Made by a program: the position numbers and the translations under genes
Part shown: positions 13,811 through 27,098 of the stretch, in pieces
Numbering within the stretch: position 1 is the stretch's first letter
Layout: each line of letters starts with the position of its first letter
Notes under the pieces: generated by a model
Databases searched by the model: none
Seen by the model: only the letters and a program-made list of their open reading frames with translations
Told to the model about the DNA's origin: nothing
From: Eledone cirrhosa
Taxonomy: Eukaryota
DNA length: 64,000 bases
NCBI GenBank assembly: GCA_964016885.1
Contig: OZ024742.1
Coordinates: forward strand, 19,716,001-19,780,000
Reading direction: 5' to 3'

Positions 13811-15481
13811 AGAGAATGGAAATAATGAATAAAAGGTTAAACTGATGTTATTTGTTTTGTCTTTCTCGTGTTGTATATCATCATCATCATCATCATCGCT
13901 TTACGTCCATTTTTCCACGCTTGCATGGGTTGGATGTGTCCTCACCACAGCATCTCTCCACTCGCTGCATTCCTTCGCCATCTCATCTTTGAGTCTCTGT
14001 GATATGAGGTCAGCTCTCACAACCTCTGTCTGGGTCTTTCTTGGTCTGCCTCTGCTGCAGCTGTAGATTTACGAGTATTTATGGTAACATCTTCACAAGG
14101 TGCATAGATTAGGGGCTAGCGAGGACATGGAAATACTCGGTTTGGTTCCCGAAATCACGGTTAGCCCACCAGGAGTGAGAGACCTCCTAGTTCTTGTTAG
14201 GCCATCATTCATGAAAAGGAAAATTCTGATATCCTGTGACTGGATGGCAGCCAATGTTGTTGACTTGTTCTTCTTGGATAACAGTCACTGTTGTTCAGAG
14301 AGTTGGATTGGTCCAGTCCAAGGCCTTTCTTCACTTAACAAAGCTTCAAGCACAGGCATCACTTGATCTAAACGACTTTCACGTGTATAGCGTGAGTGTG
14401 GCTTTTTCTTTTCTTCTTTCGCTGCAGCATATACAGAAAAGGAATCTAAGTCCTAGAAAGGATTGGGAGGGGGGTCGATAAGCTCGACCCTATTGCATTA
14501 CTGGTACTTTGTCTTTCATCCTTACGAGGCTGGTAAAATAAAGTTAGCCTCAGCAGGATCTGAACTCAGAACTTAAAGGGCCATGACTCTATGCTACAAA
14601 GCATGCTGTCTGATGCTCTATCGATACCACCCTCAACCACTTACATTACAATACAAGATATACTATACCTGTAATTCAAAAATCCAATATTGTAATTATA
14701 CTGACTCTTCCTGGGGATTATTCTAAGTGTGTGTTTGTGGAATACTCAACCATATAGACGCATATATACCATTCTATTAATTAAACAACTGGAGAACTCG
14801 TTGTTGAAACTGATATAAGCAGTCTGCTACTACAGTCAAATAATGAGGATGGGGCGGTTATGGTTCAATCATGTAACCAGCACTGCACAGAGCCCAAGTT
14901 TAAGTTCCAATCCAATTCTGTAAAGCATTGTCATGTAGGTTAAATATAAAATTATTGTAGACAGCTGGAGCACTGTGCAACGATTTAGTGTTGGCTGTAC
15001 TGCGTTCAAATCCCTTGATAAAGTCTGCAAAAAGAGATATCTACTTGAATATATATGGTATGATGCCGTAACTCCAGATGGATATATAGGAGCGACGTCT
15101 CTTAGGCATTTTAAGGCCTGACAGAGCTCATCTCTTCTCCGGGTTTTGAAGACAGCAGATTTCACCCAGAGGTGGAAAGAAAGTGAAAGAGAGGAAGTGG
15201 GAAAGAGATATAGAGGAGGAATCGACCACAGTACAATACTGGTACTTTTTTATCGAACTCGAAAATATATTTTTCTGTAAATAATTCAGCTAGATGCTCA
15301 GCAAGAGTTATCAAATATTTAGATCAGGGAACAGACTGACGTGTCAATGGCGTAGAAATAGAATCAATTGAGGACAATATTTGTTTTCTGAAAATCAAAA
15401 TTGCTGAAATTAGAGAACAAAAACATGTTTTATAATCAAACAATGTACGAACCCAGGTTTTCGGGCTTTAAGCGCTGAGAG

Positions 15482-15523
<42 letters not shown>

Positions 15524-15917
15524 CATAATAAGGAACACAATATAATTATTCCATTTCTGTAAGAATCGTCTAGTTTCTTGAAACCTTTGGTAATGGAATA
15601 ATTATAATGTGTTGTTTATTATGTAATTAAATAGCTCTGTACAATATATAGAACACTCTTCTTTCCTTTTCTACGGAAATACATAACACACACACATGAA
15701 ACTTTATGCTATATATATATATATATATTTATTTATTATTTATTATTATTGCTATATATATATATATATATAGGGAACTAGCTGTTGACACGACAAGATG
15801 TTAGCAGTTGGGCTCCGACTCTCTGCTATCCCAAGTATGGAGTATCCTGTTGAATAATAATCTAACTAGTTTAATAGGTGTTTAATCCTGATGTATATAT
15901 ATATATTTATATATATT

Positions 15918-15983
<66 letters not shown>

Positions 15984-16364
15984 TGCATATGTCACCACAC
16001 TCGTAGATAAATCACATCTATATTTTACATACAATAAATGTACCATATATTTTGAATTAAGGTTTTCTACTTTCTAGTAGTAGTTAAGCCGCAAGCTGAT
16101 TTTTCTCGCATTTTTGTGTGAAAATTGGATCAACTTTATATAAATATATACAGTAGTTATTTCCCAGATCAATTTTATTTCAGATGTTTTTGTGTCAGGT
16201 TTCCAGTAGAAAATCTGCCACAATGTTGGAAATATTATTGGGTTTGGTTCGACATAATATTAAAATACTTTCATGATTTCCTTGAGTTTGTTTATTTATT
16301 TTGTGGATTGTTGTTGTTGTTTTAATAAAGTAACCTCCAATTTAGACAAAAAATAATGATTTCT

Positions 16365-16505
16365 AGGTGCGGTGAATTGGCAGAGTTGTTAGAACGTCGG
16401 GTAGAATGCTTTGTAGTATTCGTTTCGGTTCTCTGCTCTCTGAGTTCAAATCCTACCGAGGTTAATTTTGCCTTTCGAGGTAGATAAAGAAAAGTACCAG
16501 TCCAC
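16365..16505 (+). mobile_element. tRNA-derived SINE with Meta-type central domain (Octopus OR/OK-like)
   Basis: ggtgaattggcagagttgttag ... ctgagttcaaatcc ... ttgccttt ... gataaa ... gtaccag. Same family at ~33908-34095, 34100-34290, 36393-36580, 37037-37200, 43730-43932 (-), 55030-55170 and 14480-14630 (-). Confidence 0.75.
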
Positions 16506-17081
16506 TAGCAAAAAAAAAAAAAAAAAAAATTTGAATTACTTCCCCCACACCATTTTTTAATAATTTTTTTTTTTTTGTTAACCATCAGTGGATGTTAAAA
16601 AATAAACTATCTAGTTCGTTATTTTAAGGTTCTGAGTTCATATCTAGCCAGCATTAGCCATAGGGCCTTTATTTAATTTTTGCTCTAAAAAAAAAAAAAA
16701 AAAAAAAAGTAATAAAATAATATATTCCCAAAACTACAACAATGAAAATATGAAGAAAATCTAAGGAAAACGATATATTGCTGGTTAAAGCTAGTTTTAT
16801 GATTAAAACATATGTAGGGGAGATCACTCTAGAATGCTCAGAAAAATAGTGTAGATGTAAGGGAGATAAGTCTCGTTAACTTAGACTTAATTTTATTGAC
16901 TTAGTTGTAACAGAAAATTATAACATTTTAGAGAAGTGGGGAGAAAGAAAGGGAGAAATGGGGGGAAGGGAAAGACAGGGTGAGAAGGGGAGGGAGAGAA
17001 GTAAGTAGATAGATAGTGAGGAAGAGAGAGAGATAGAAAGAAAAATAGATAGGTAGATAGGAATAGATAGAGAGATAGATA

Positions 17082-17655
17082 TGTTTCTTTATTAGCCACA
17101 GGGGTACAAAAGAAGGGGACAAATACAAAGGGGGAAGTTTCCATACAATATAAACGTGTAAAATATTATCACAAATGCAATTTAAAAAATTAGTCGATTT
17201 TCCCCAATAGGGGGAGACAGTTCATATGGGTAACACATACCCCCGAAAAAATGTGCAAACCTCATCTCCAGGAGTACGAAGCGTTTGTACTCCTTTCCTC
17301 TCCTCCTCCTTTTCCTCAACCTACAGCCTGATATAGAGAGAAGGCTCATTCACTCGGGCCATTCTCGCCACTTTCACCCACCTTTCATAAAACTTGCTGG
17401 GGTACAGCACCTATCTCTCCATCCTGATTCTTCTTCCAAAGTGGTATTTGAAAAAAAGAATCAGTTGTTGGCCGGAGAGAAAGGTGTCTGACCTCAGCCC
17501 TTTCAACCTTGTCCACCATACAACCTCTTTCGCCATAGCTATCACACAAAGGAAAACCGCCTCTCCTTCGTTTTTGAAGGAGGGTGGCGGTTTGATCATG
17601 ACAATGGACTCGGTGGTCAACCGGATTGGTCCCACCCGCGACAATAGTCGTTCTA
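17082..17655 (-). mobile_element. 5'-truncated Tx1/L1-like LINE 3' fragment ending in (TCTA)n-like repeat
   Basis: SRVGPIRLTTESIVMIKPPPSFKNEGEAVFLC...WWTRLKGL, homologous to 60911-61226 and 61960-62250. 3' end cccctgtggctaataaagaaacata runs into tctatc repeats. Confidence 0.85.
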
Positions 17656-17699
17656 TATAGCCCAGTGAGAAAGAGAAAAAAAGGCAGATAAGGGCAGAG

Positions 17700-17734
<35 letters not shown>

Positions 17735-17930
17735 AATGGAGAGTAAAAAGGAAAGAAATAGAGAGAGGGAAGTAAGAATAAAAGAGAGAGGCAGAAAGCA
17801 AGAAAGAAAGAAAGAAAGAAAGAAGGGTGGTGTGTTAGGAGACGTGGATAAATATCAGGTTTGGTGTTTTTACAAAAATAATCTGTCATTTTTTATAAAC
17901 TTTCAAATTGAAATTTAACTGTAGTTTACA

Positions 17931-18505
17931 CTAGCAGTGGTACCCGGCGTTGCACGGGATGAGGTAATTTGGAACGCGGGCCGCCAACAGACCTAATCGT
18001 GGAAAAACTGTATGCCTGGACAATATGTAAAGAAAATAAACCGAATGCTCTGATGGCTGGATAATTTAAGATTTTCCTCGATGAAGCAGGAAAAATGCAG
18101 GTCTTCGCCTAATGCGAGCCCTAGGGGATCAAGAAAATGAATTTTTTTTATGTGCATAATATGCCTTGAAATTTCGGGAAAATCGGCTAGACGTAACGCC
18201 TCAAAAAAGCCCTAAAAAGCTGAAAAAAATGAAGTTTTTCACCTAATGCGGGCCCTAGGCCATACAAAAGTTGGATTTTCTTTGCTCACGGTATGAAGAA
18301 GAGACTGACTAATACATAGTTACAATTTCAATGAAATCGGTCTGAGGTAACGCCTAAAAAAAAAACTAAAAACCTGGAAAAAACGCAGTTTTTCACCTAA
18401 TTCCTAGGGAATCAAGAAGTTGAATTTTTTTATGTGCATAACACTCCCTGAAACATAAGTAATACACATGTAAAATTTGAAAAAGATTGGCTGGGTACTT
18501 CTCGG

Positions 18506-18549
<44 letters not shown>

Positions 18550-18597
18550 TACACACATACATCCTTCCTCAGTTTTATATATATATACATATATAGA
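17931..18597 (-). mobile_element. Non-autonomous Helitron-type element (Lep1-like)
   Basis: The minus strand starts A|TCTATATAT and ends with a hairpin (cccgtgcaacgccggg) followed by CTAG|T. Subterminal (CA)n and internal ~130-bp tandem repeats. Confidence 0.7.
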
Positions 18598-19383
18598 TTA
18601 AAATAACAGATTAAAGTTTAAGCAAAAATCGTTGCTTTCACCCTTAACGGGATCTTCTGAAACTAAAAACATCAATCTGTGAACGCAGAAGTAAATATTT
18701 TGAAAAACGTTGCAACCGAAGGAAAACAGCAAGACGATACTCTGGTTCGTGAAGACGTTTCCTGGCAAACGTCATCAATGTTCGTCAGAATGTCGCAATG
18801 CAGACAGCCAGCCATACAGACAGATAATATAAGAGCGCTACGGAGATGGATAACCGGCGCCTAACACCCCTTTAACAACAGAAAATTGAAAAATAAAAGC
18901 TGCAGTTAATATCTTTAGACCGCAAGGAATATATAAATGCAAATTTGAAGTCAATCGGAGTAGAAATGTGGATTTGTATAGACTTTGCAAAAATGAAGAC
19001 ACACACACACAGACTACATCAGTTTTATATATATAGATATGTCAGAGATGGTTGACATAAAATAGATACCTCTAATATACTGAGGTCAATCTAATTAATA
19101 ATACCTTCTGATACATACACCTCGTATACACACTCATACATACATACACCCCTTATACACCTACATACATACACCTATTATACACATAAATACATACACT
19201 TCTTATACCCATACATGCATACACCTCTTATACCCACACATACATACACCTCTTATACCCACACATACATACACCTCTTATACACACACATACATACATA
19301 TATACATACACCTATTATACACATACATACATACATACATACATACATACATACATACATACATACATAGATACATACAAACA

Positions 19384-19992
19384 TGGTGGCTGCCAACTCA
19401 TTTTCGAGTACGGCCACTACTTTATATCCATGTAGGAGAACCCCTACCGATGCGCTGAACGAGTGTGACTTTTTAGTCCAGTTAGCGACTTGAAAACTCT
19501 AGTACAAACACTACACCTGTGACAATTATTGACACATAGTGCTGGGCCCATGGTACCATGTAATGACAAGTGCAGAGAGATTTCCAGATATAAAGCAATG
19601 CCTGTGCCGTGAAGCTTTTATAGTGAGCAAAGGCACTGCACAAAGCCAGTCCCACTCTCTTAACCAAGATGATACTTACCAAAAAGAAGAACAAGTCAAC
19701 ATCATTGGATATCATCAGAGTTGCAGGTGTTATATCAGAGTTTTCCTTCTCCTAGAATTCTGCCTTGACAAAGGCTAAGGGGTCATCTCTCCCGGTGATT
19801 TTGGATGGCCATTGACTCTTAAAAGCTCCTTTTCCCTTTGACAGGTTTTGTTTTTAGTCCTGCAGGATGTCCAAAGTCACCCTCCTCACCAAGAAACCTT
19901 GGTGGGGTTGCCAGTTTAGTCGCCAACGACCCGACCATGAGATAGGTTGTACTGGGATACATGTTACCAGCAGCACCAACTGGTGACCTGAC
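19384..19992 (-). mobile_element. Non-autonomous internally deleted RTE derivative (~610 bp), longest copy
   Basis: RTE-type leader (gcctttgtcaaggc...ctaggagaaggaaaactctga) joined to a terminal C2H2 finger remnant (CHxCSVCTRVFKSLAGLKSHTRSAH consensus across copies) and a (TATG)n tail. Other copies at 27113-27529, 27859-28166, 31478-32005 and 40713-41024 (+); diverged copies at 32721-33080 and ~14200-14400 (+). Confidence 0.8.
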
Positions 19993-20046
19993 ATATGTAT
20001 GTATGTATGGTGACCCTACATACATACATAGATACATACATACATA

Positions 20047-20727
20047 AAAAGAGGAGGGCCAGCAGCTGACAATAAATGTAGGCTATGTAAAACAAAGATC
20101 GAGGATGTAAGCCACATTGTTGCCAGCTGCGAAAGAATGTCATCTCGCTACTACCTCCCCATGAGACACGATGAGATAGCTAGAACCATTTGGAACGCAC
20201 TTCGGAAAACAAAATTAACAAACGAGGAAGAATATATTGAGACAGATGGCACTAAGGAATACTGGTGGAACCTAAAAATAAAAACTGCCACCAAATTAAA
20301 GCACAACCGGCCTGATATTGTAGTTTGGGACCACACATTGAAAACGTGTTCTGTTGTGGAGATCAGCTTCCCCCTTGATGTAAACGTTGTCAGAAAAATA
20401 CAGGAGAAGGAGGACATCTACGGACCATTGATGAGGAGTTTACAAATCCAGTATCCAAGATACACCTTTAGCTTCATACCCATCATTATTGGTGCTACGG
20501 GTTATATACCAACCCGCTTGGACCAAAGTATGACTGAACTTGGATTTGCGGACAAAAAGTGCAGCTCCCTAATTCATAGTCTACAAATGGCTGCGATAGC
20601 TGGCACCTTCAAAATTTGCAAAACATTCTTGCGATTCAAGGGATGACAATTTCTTTTCTTTTACAACCTTGCCACCAGGAAGGTGGCCGGTCAAAAAAAT
20701 ATACTCGAAATTAAGAGAAAGAGAAAA
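20047..20727 (+). mobile_element. R4/Dong-like non-LTR element, short 3' fragment (CCHC finger, restriction-like endonuclease, 3' UTR)
   Basis: Near-identical to 26414-27098. CRLC...H...C, RHD and RPD...E motifs. Flanked on both sides by (CATA)n. Confidence 0.9.
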
Positions 20728-20786
20728 CATACGTACATACATACATACATACATACATACATACATACATACATACATACATACAT

Positions 20787-23700
20787 GATGGCTGCCCCCT
20801 TGTTATCGAGTATGGCCATTGCACGAGAAAAAAACCCCATAATAATAACAATAATAATAATCATAACAACAATAATAATAAGGACAACAACAACAATAAT
20901 AATATACATATATATACACACATGCGCACACACATAAACATATCTACACACACACACACACAATAGTAATTAACAGCGCTGCGATCGAATGTGGCTTTTT
21001 AGCCCAGCCAATCATCTAAAATGTCTTGCACAGAGTTGGCAACCAAAACATTCACTGGGAATAGCCGGCTGTGATTGGAGTTCATGTACTTTTGCATGTC
21101 GCTTGAGCCCTCCTGCTGATTTACATCCTCTACCACATGCTTGGCAAGCATGATGAGTAGCATCTCCAACAGCAGCCTGGTAGTCAACGACTGGTCTTAC
21201 TTTATGACTGCGAAGATGACTTTCGAGTACAGCTTTGCTTAGGTAGAGTCTCGCACAGACGCTGCATGTCAGCACCATAGGAGGACCCTCGCCGTCTGGA
21301 AGTGCAACAGCAAATCCCTTCCTCACATCCCGCTTTACTTTCTCGTATGCGATTCGAGATGCGTCAAAGGCAACTTTCCCCTCATATACAGTCTTTCTCC
21401 ATTTATTACGATCAGCAGCAATATTTTCCCATGTATCAGCAGAGATGTTAGCGTCTTTCAAAGAGGCTTTCAAGGAATCCTTATACCTCTTTTTTGGTTT
21501 ATGGGCGGTCGTTTTCCTTTAACTAACTCTCCATAAAAGAGTTGTTTTGGTATTCTAGAATCCTTCATCCTGGCAAGGTGACCACTCCAACGGAGTCGTT
21601 GCTTAAGCACAAGAGCTTCTATACTGTCACACATAGAGCTTTCCAAAATCTCGACATCACTGATGTGGTCCCTCCAGTGAAGGCCATGGATCCGTCTGAG
21701 ACACATCTGATGGAAACGCTCCAATTGCGTAAGGTGGTGTCGATATGTGACCTAGGTCTCGCAGGCATAAAGAAGAGAAGAGAGCACACATGCCTTGTAC
21801 ACCTTTACCTTTGTCTTCTTGCATATGTCGCGTCGACCCCAGAGTCGCCTTTCTAGCTTTCCGAAAGCATCACTTGCTTTCCTAATCCTGAGTGGGATTT
21901 CACTATCAAGGTTGCTGTGTCGATTGACAGTGCTTCCCAGGTAGACAAACTGATCAACCACTCCAAGTCGTTTACCATGCACATAGATATTTGGTTCACT
22001 GTACTGCTTACCAGGGACAGGTAGGTACATGACGACGGTTTTCTTGAGACTGACAGTCAATCTTAGGGGAGTGCAAGCATCAGAAAATGCATTCAAAATT
22101 AGCTGCATATCACTCTCTGTGTGCGCTACAAGATCGCAATAATCTGCATACAAAAGGTCTCTTATGATTGATGTAAATACTTTTGTTTTTGCAGCAAAGC
22201 GCCTGATGTTAAATATGCTGACTGGGGCTCGATATCGGATGTAAATACCATGCTCGCAATTCCTGAATGCAATACAGAAAACCATTGCAAAGTATATGGC
22301 AAACAGGGTCGGTGCTGGAATATCCCCCTGTTTCACTCCATTATTACTGAAATAGGCTCCGACATGTTACCTCCGACATTAACCCAAGCTTTCATGTCGT
22401 CATGGAAAGACCTAACTAAAGCAAGGAACTTATCAGGGCAACCAAGTTTCTGGAGAACCTTCCATAATGCATTTCTGTTAACAGTATCGAAAGCTTTTGT
22501 CAGATCGACAAAAACCTCATACAGATCCAAACCTTGTTCCATGCACTTCTCCTGGAGCTGTCTAGCTTAGAAGATCATATCAGTAGTGCCGCGTCCAGCA
22601 CGAAAACCAGATTGACTTTCAGGAAGAACACAATCTGCAATGTGTGTCAGCAGACGGTCCAGAAGCACCCTACATAAAACTTTCCCTACGACAGAAAGCA
22701 ATGATATACCTCTGTAGTTCCCACAATCATTCCTGTTACCCTTTCCCTTGTACAAGACCACCATTACTGCATCTCTCCAGTCCTCGGGTACGGATTCATT
22801 AGCCCATATCCTGCCAAATAAAGAGTGAAGATGTTGCAGGAGTCTCTCACCACCATATTGTAGGAGCTCAGCATGTATGCCATCCATACCTGGAGACCTT
22901 CCACTGTTCAGCTTCGAGATAGCTACTGCAACCTCCACAAGCGTCGGAGGTTCTGCGAGAGCTACTTTCACAGGACTTTCTGGAATGAGATTGAGGAAAT
23001 CTTCATTGACGACAGACGGCTTATTCAAAAGATCATCAAAGTGCTCTCGCCACCTTCGTAGAATTCCTTGTGAGTCACGAAGAAGTTCTTTACCATCCTT
23101 GCTGCGAAGCGGTGTCACCAGAGAAGAAGACGGTCCATAAAGCTCACGCAAGAAACTGTACAACAGCTTTGTGTTATTGGAATCTGACGCAGTTTGTATC
23201 TCACCAGCATTCTCACTCCCCCACTGATCCTTCATCTGAGAAAGACTCCGCCTAACACGTGATTTTACATCCTTGAGTTCCTCATGCAACGTATTCCTCT
23301 CCTGTGGTTTTGCCGTCAAGTAGCGTGACAGAGCACGCCTCTTATCAGCCAACAAGTCTTCTATATGTACATCATTCTCATTAAACCAGTCTTGATGTTT
23401 TCTCTGCACCAATCCCAGAACACGCCTGCATACATCATAAACCGACTTTTTAAGGGTCGGCCAATCCTCACCAAGATCTGCAACCTGCATCTCTTCTTGC
23501 AATGTCCTCTTCACATTTTTATCCTTAAGACGAGCAGCATTCAATCTTTTGGGCAGGGCAACACCAGGAGCCCGGATTTTACGTTTAATGATTAGTTTCA
23601 CTTTTGCGCGTACCAGGCGGTGGTCCGTCCAGCACTCAGCTCCACGAAGAGCACGAACACACTGCACATCCTGTCTGTCACGCATCCTGACTAGGACGTA

Positions 23701-24812
23701 GTCCAAAAGATGCCATTCCTTAGATGCAGGATGCATCCATGTGGGCTTGAATTTGTTCTTTTGTTGGAATATGGTGTTGGTTACACACAGATCCAGCTCC
23801 TCACACATCTGCAGCAGGAGCATACCATTGTTGTTACACTTTCCCACCCCATGCCTTCCGATTACATTCCATGTGTTAAAATCCCTACCCACTCTAGCAT
23901 TAAAGTCACCAAGCACGATGACTTTATCTGCCTGGGGGATATTTCTTAAAACACCTTTCAAGGCATAGTAAAAGGACACTTTTTCTTCATCGACAGAATT
24001 CATAGTTGGAGCATACACACTCACCAGGATCGCATATCTTCCTTTGTCGAGCGGAATTGTCATGGACATAAGACGCTCACTAATCCCTACTGGGAATTAT
24101 TCTAATTTATTCACAAGAACAGTCTTAACAGCAAATGCTACCCCAGCCTCTCTTCTGGTTCCTTCATCTCTTCCTTTCCAGAAGAATGTATATTCTCCAC
24201 AAAATTCTGTAAGACGACCATCTCCAGCTAACCTCGTCTCAGATAAAGCCACGATGTCAAGATCGTAATGTCGAAGCTCCTTTGCAACAAGAGCGGTCCT
24301 TCGTTCAGGACGCTCCAAGGAATCGCTGTCAAGCAGCGTCCGTACGTTCCAGCAGCCAAGACTAAATCCCTTGTTTGGCTCTATTACAATGGCACGATGA
24401 CGAGCGGGCCCAGGCTGTGATAACCTGGGGCCCCTGCCCTTATTGCCAATTATCTTTTTTGTTCCAGAACCTAAATTGCCAATTATCTCTTTTATATTGT
24501 TCTGGAACATCATTGAATAGGGGAAAAAAAAAAAAAGTAATAATAATAGTAACAATAATAATAATAATAATAATAATACACTATTAATAATTATTAATCA
24601 ATGCAATCGTGCAATGCCTGTGCGTGACGAATATTTTTAAAGTGAGGAAAGACTGTGCACTGAGCCAATCCCACTCTCTGAGCGACAGTAGCTATAACCC
24701 GAAAAGAAGATGCCTTCTCCTAGAAAAATGCCCTGACAAGGGCTAGGGGTTCTTCACTCCCAGTGGTTTAACTGCGCGATTGGGCATCCAGCCCGATTAT
24801 TTCTGTCCCCGC
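20787..24812 (-). mobile_element. Near full-length decayed RTE-clade LINE (APE, RT, three C-terminal C2H2 fingers)
   Basis: ORF pieces 24555-24097 (WNVRTL, ALSETR), 24069-22567 (GDFNA, HLLDY, TDH, NYRGISLLS, QSGFR), 22542-22333 (FVDLTKAFD), 22336-21752 (QG; YADD altered to YADY), 21724-21470 (RLRWSGH) and 21473-21012 (CxxC...HxxxH). Stops and frameshifts throughout; (TATG)n tail. Confidence 0.93.
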
Positions 24813-25053
24813 GCAAAAAAAAAAAAAAAACTCACTTATTGACACTTATACGTACAACATACACACACGCACACACACACACATACATACGCGCGCGCAC
24901 AGCAACACTCATACATAAACAAACACACATACGCTACTCACTTACACACACATATATATATATATATATATATTACCGTCATTACTGATACAAGATTACA
25001 AGATTGTGTCAACTGTTGACTTTCAAGAGTTCGTATAGTTGAAGCAGTTCGTA

Positions 25054-25084
<31 letters not shown>

Positions 25085-25140
25085 CATACATACATACATA
25101 CATACATACATACATACATACATACATACATACATACATA

Positions 25141-27098
25141 AACAACAAAGAATCGCAGAAACATGACTGTCGTGTGGCTGGACTATCAAAAAGCATTTGA
25201 TAGTGTACCTCATGGGTGGATTATTAAGGCTTTACAGTTAGCTAAAGTCCCACAACCATTAGTAGCTGCTGTTGAACGCCTGACCAAGAACTGGTACACC
25301 AATTTGATCCTTAGAGGTGAGAAGGAGCAGGTTAAGACTGATAGGATACATTACCAGAAGGGCATCTTTCAGGGTGATAGCTTGTCAGTACTACTCTTCG
25401 TTCTCTCACTGAATCCACTATCTTACCTACTCAGGAAACAAGGTGGACAAAGAAGTGGGCCCAGAAGTATCTCCCATATTTTCTTTGTTGATGACCTGAA
25501 GTTGTATGGGCCAAATATCAATGACATCAAGAAACAATTGGACCTCATTACACAATTTTCAACCGACATCAAAATGAAATTTGGTGAGTCCAAGTGTGCA
25601 TATTTGGCAGTAAAACGTGGAAGAGCTGTGCCCTCCTCTAGAAATCTAGATATGAACGGCCTGACAATACAACCTCTGCAGTCAGGTGACAACTACAGAT
25701 ATCTTGGACAGGATGAGAATGTCAGATATGATGGACCCATAAATAAGGAGAGAACCAGAACTGAATACCTCAGAAGAGTAAAAAAAATATGGTCATCAGA
25801 ACTGTCAGCATACAACAAATACATTGCCCACAATACCTATGCTGTGCCAATTCTAACGCCAACATTTGGCCTATTGAACTGGTCATTGCAAGAACTAAGT
25901 GAGATGGATGTTAGAACTCGAAAACTTCTCAGTGTTACTGGGAACTTTAACATCAATGGTGATGTGGATAGGCTATACTTCTCACGCAAGGAAGGTGGCC
26001 GGGGTCTAAAATCAATATTAACAACATATGAGACCCGGATAGTAACACTGAAGCAACACCTTCAACAGAGGAAAAAGGTTGGCGACCATCTTGCTCAGGT
26101 TTATGAGCATGAAAAAAGAAATATCATTAGAATAGCGACTGATCTGGAGGAGAGATATGGAATAAAGCCTGATATAAATCTCTCACCCAGAGAAATCGGA
26201 AGATCCTATTCAATGTTCAAACAAGAAAAAAAAATTGACCAATTTACAGAGAAAGTTGTGCATGGATACTTGAGGCGTAAAACACAGACCATAGAGGGGA
26301 TAAACCACTCAAAAAGCCTGGCATGGAGTTCCGACAAGTTTATGACATCACACCTTGAGGGATATCTCTATGCAATACAGGAACAAGAACTCCCTACCAA
26401 ATATCTGCTGCACAAAAGAGGAGGGCCAGCAGCTGACAATAAATGTAGGCTATGTAAAACAAAGATCGAGGATGTAAGCCACATTGTTGCCAGCTGCGAA
26501 AGAATGTCATCTCGCTACTACCTCCCCATGAGACACGATGGGATAGCTAGAACTATCTGGAACGCACTTCGGAAAACAAAATTAACAACAAACGAGGAAG
26601 AATATATTGAGACAGATGGCACTAAGGAATACTGGTGGAACCTGAGAATAAAAACTGCCACCAAATTAAAGCACAACCGGCCTGATATTGTAGTTTGGGA
26701 CCACACATTGAAAACGTGTTCTGTTGTGGAGATCAGCTGCCCACTTGACGTAAACGTTGTCAGAAAAATACAGGAGAAGGAGGACATCTACGGACCATTG
26801 ATGAGGAGCTTACAAATCCAGTATCCAAGATACACCTTTAGCTTCATACCCATCATTATTGGTGCTACGGGTTATATACCAACCCGCTTGGACCAAAGTA
26901 TGACCGAACTTGGATTTGCGGACAAAAAGCGCAGCTCCCTAATTCATAGTCTACAAATGGCTGCGATAGCTGGCACCTTCAAAATATGCAAAACATTCTT
27001 GCGATTCAAGGGATGACAATTTCTTTTCTTTTACAACCTTGCCACCAGGAAGGTGGCCGGTCAAAAAAAATATACTCGAAATTAAGAGAAAGAGAAAA
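25141..27098 (+). mobile_element. R4/Dong-clade non-LTR retrotransposon, 5'-truncated, open 617-aa RT plus restriction-like endonuclease frame
   Basis: WLDYQKAFDSVPH, IFQGDSLS, FVDDLKLY, RKEGGRGL, CRLC...HIVASC, RHD, KHNRPDIVVWD...VVEISCP. Short 3' UTR. (CATA)n on both sides. Confidence 0.93.

Larger units (their letters stand above)
7327..15024 (-). pseudogene. Decayed multi-exon protein-coding gene of unknown family (exons 14834-15024, 12587-12754, 12442-12532, 12129-12187, 7327-7434)
   Basis: Five exon-like segments with matching phases (1-0, 0-0, 0-1, 1-0, 0-stop). Four have pyrimidine-rich AG acceptors and two have gtatgt donors. Five in-frame stops, one damaged acceptor (AT) and one GC donor. 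Confidence 0.5.
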
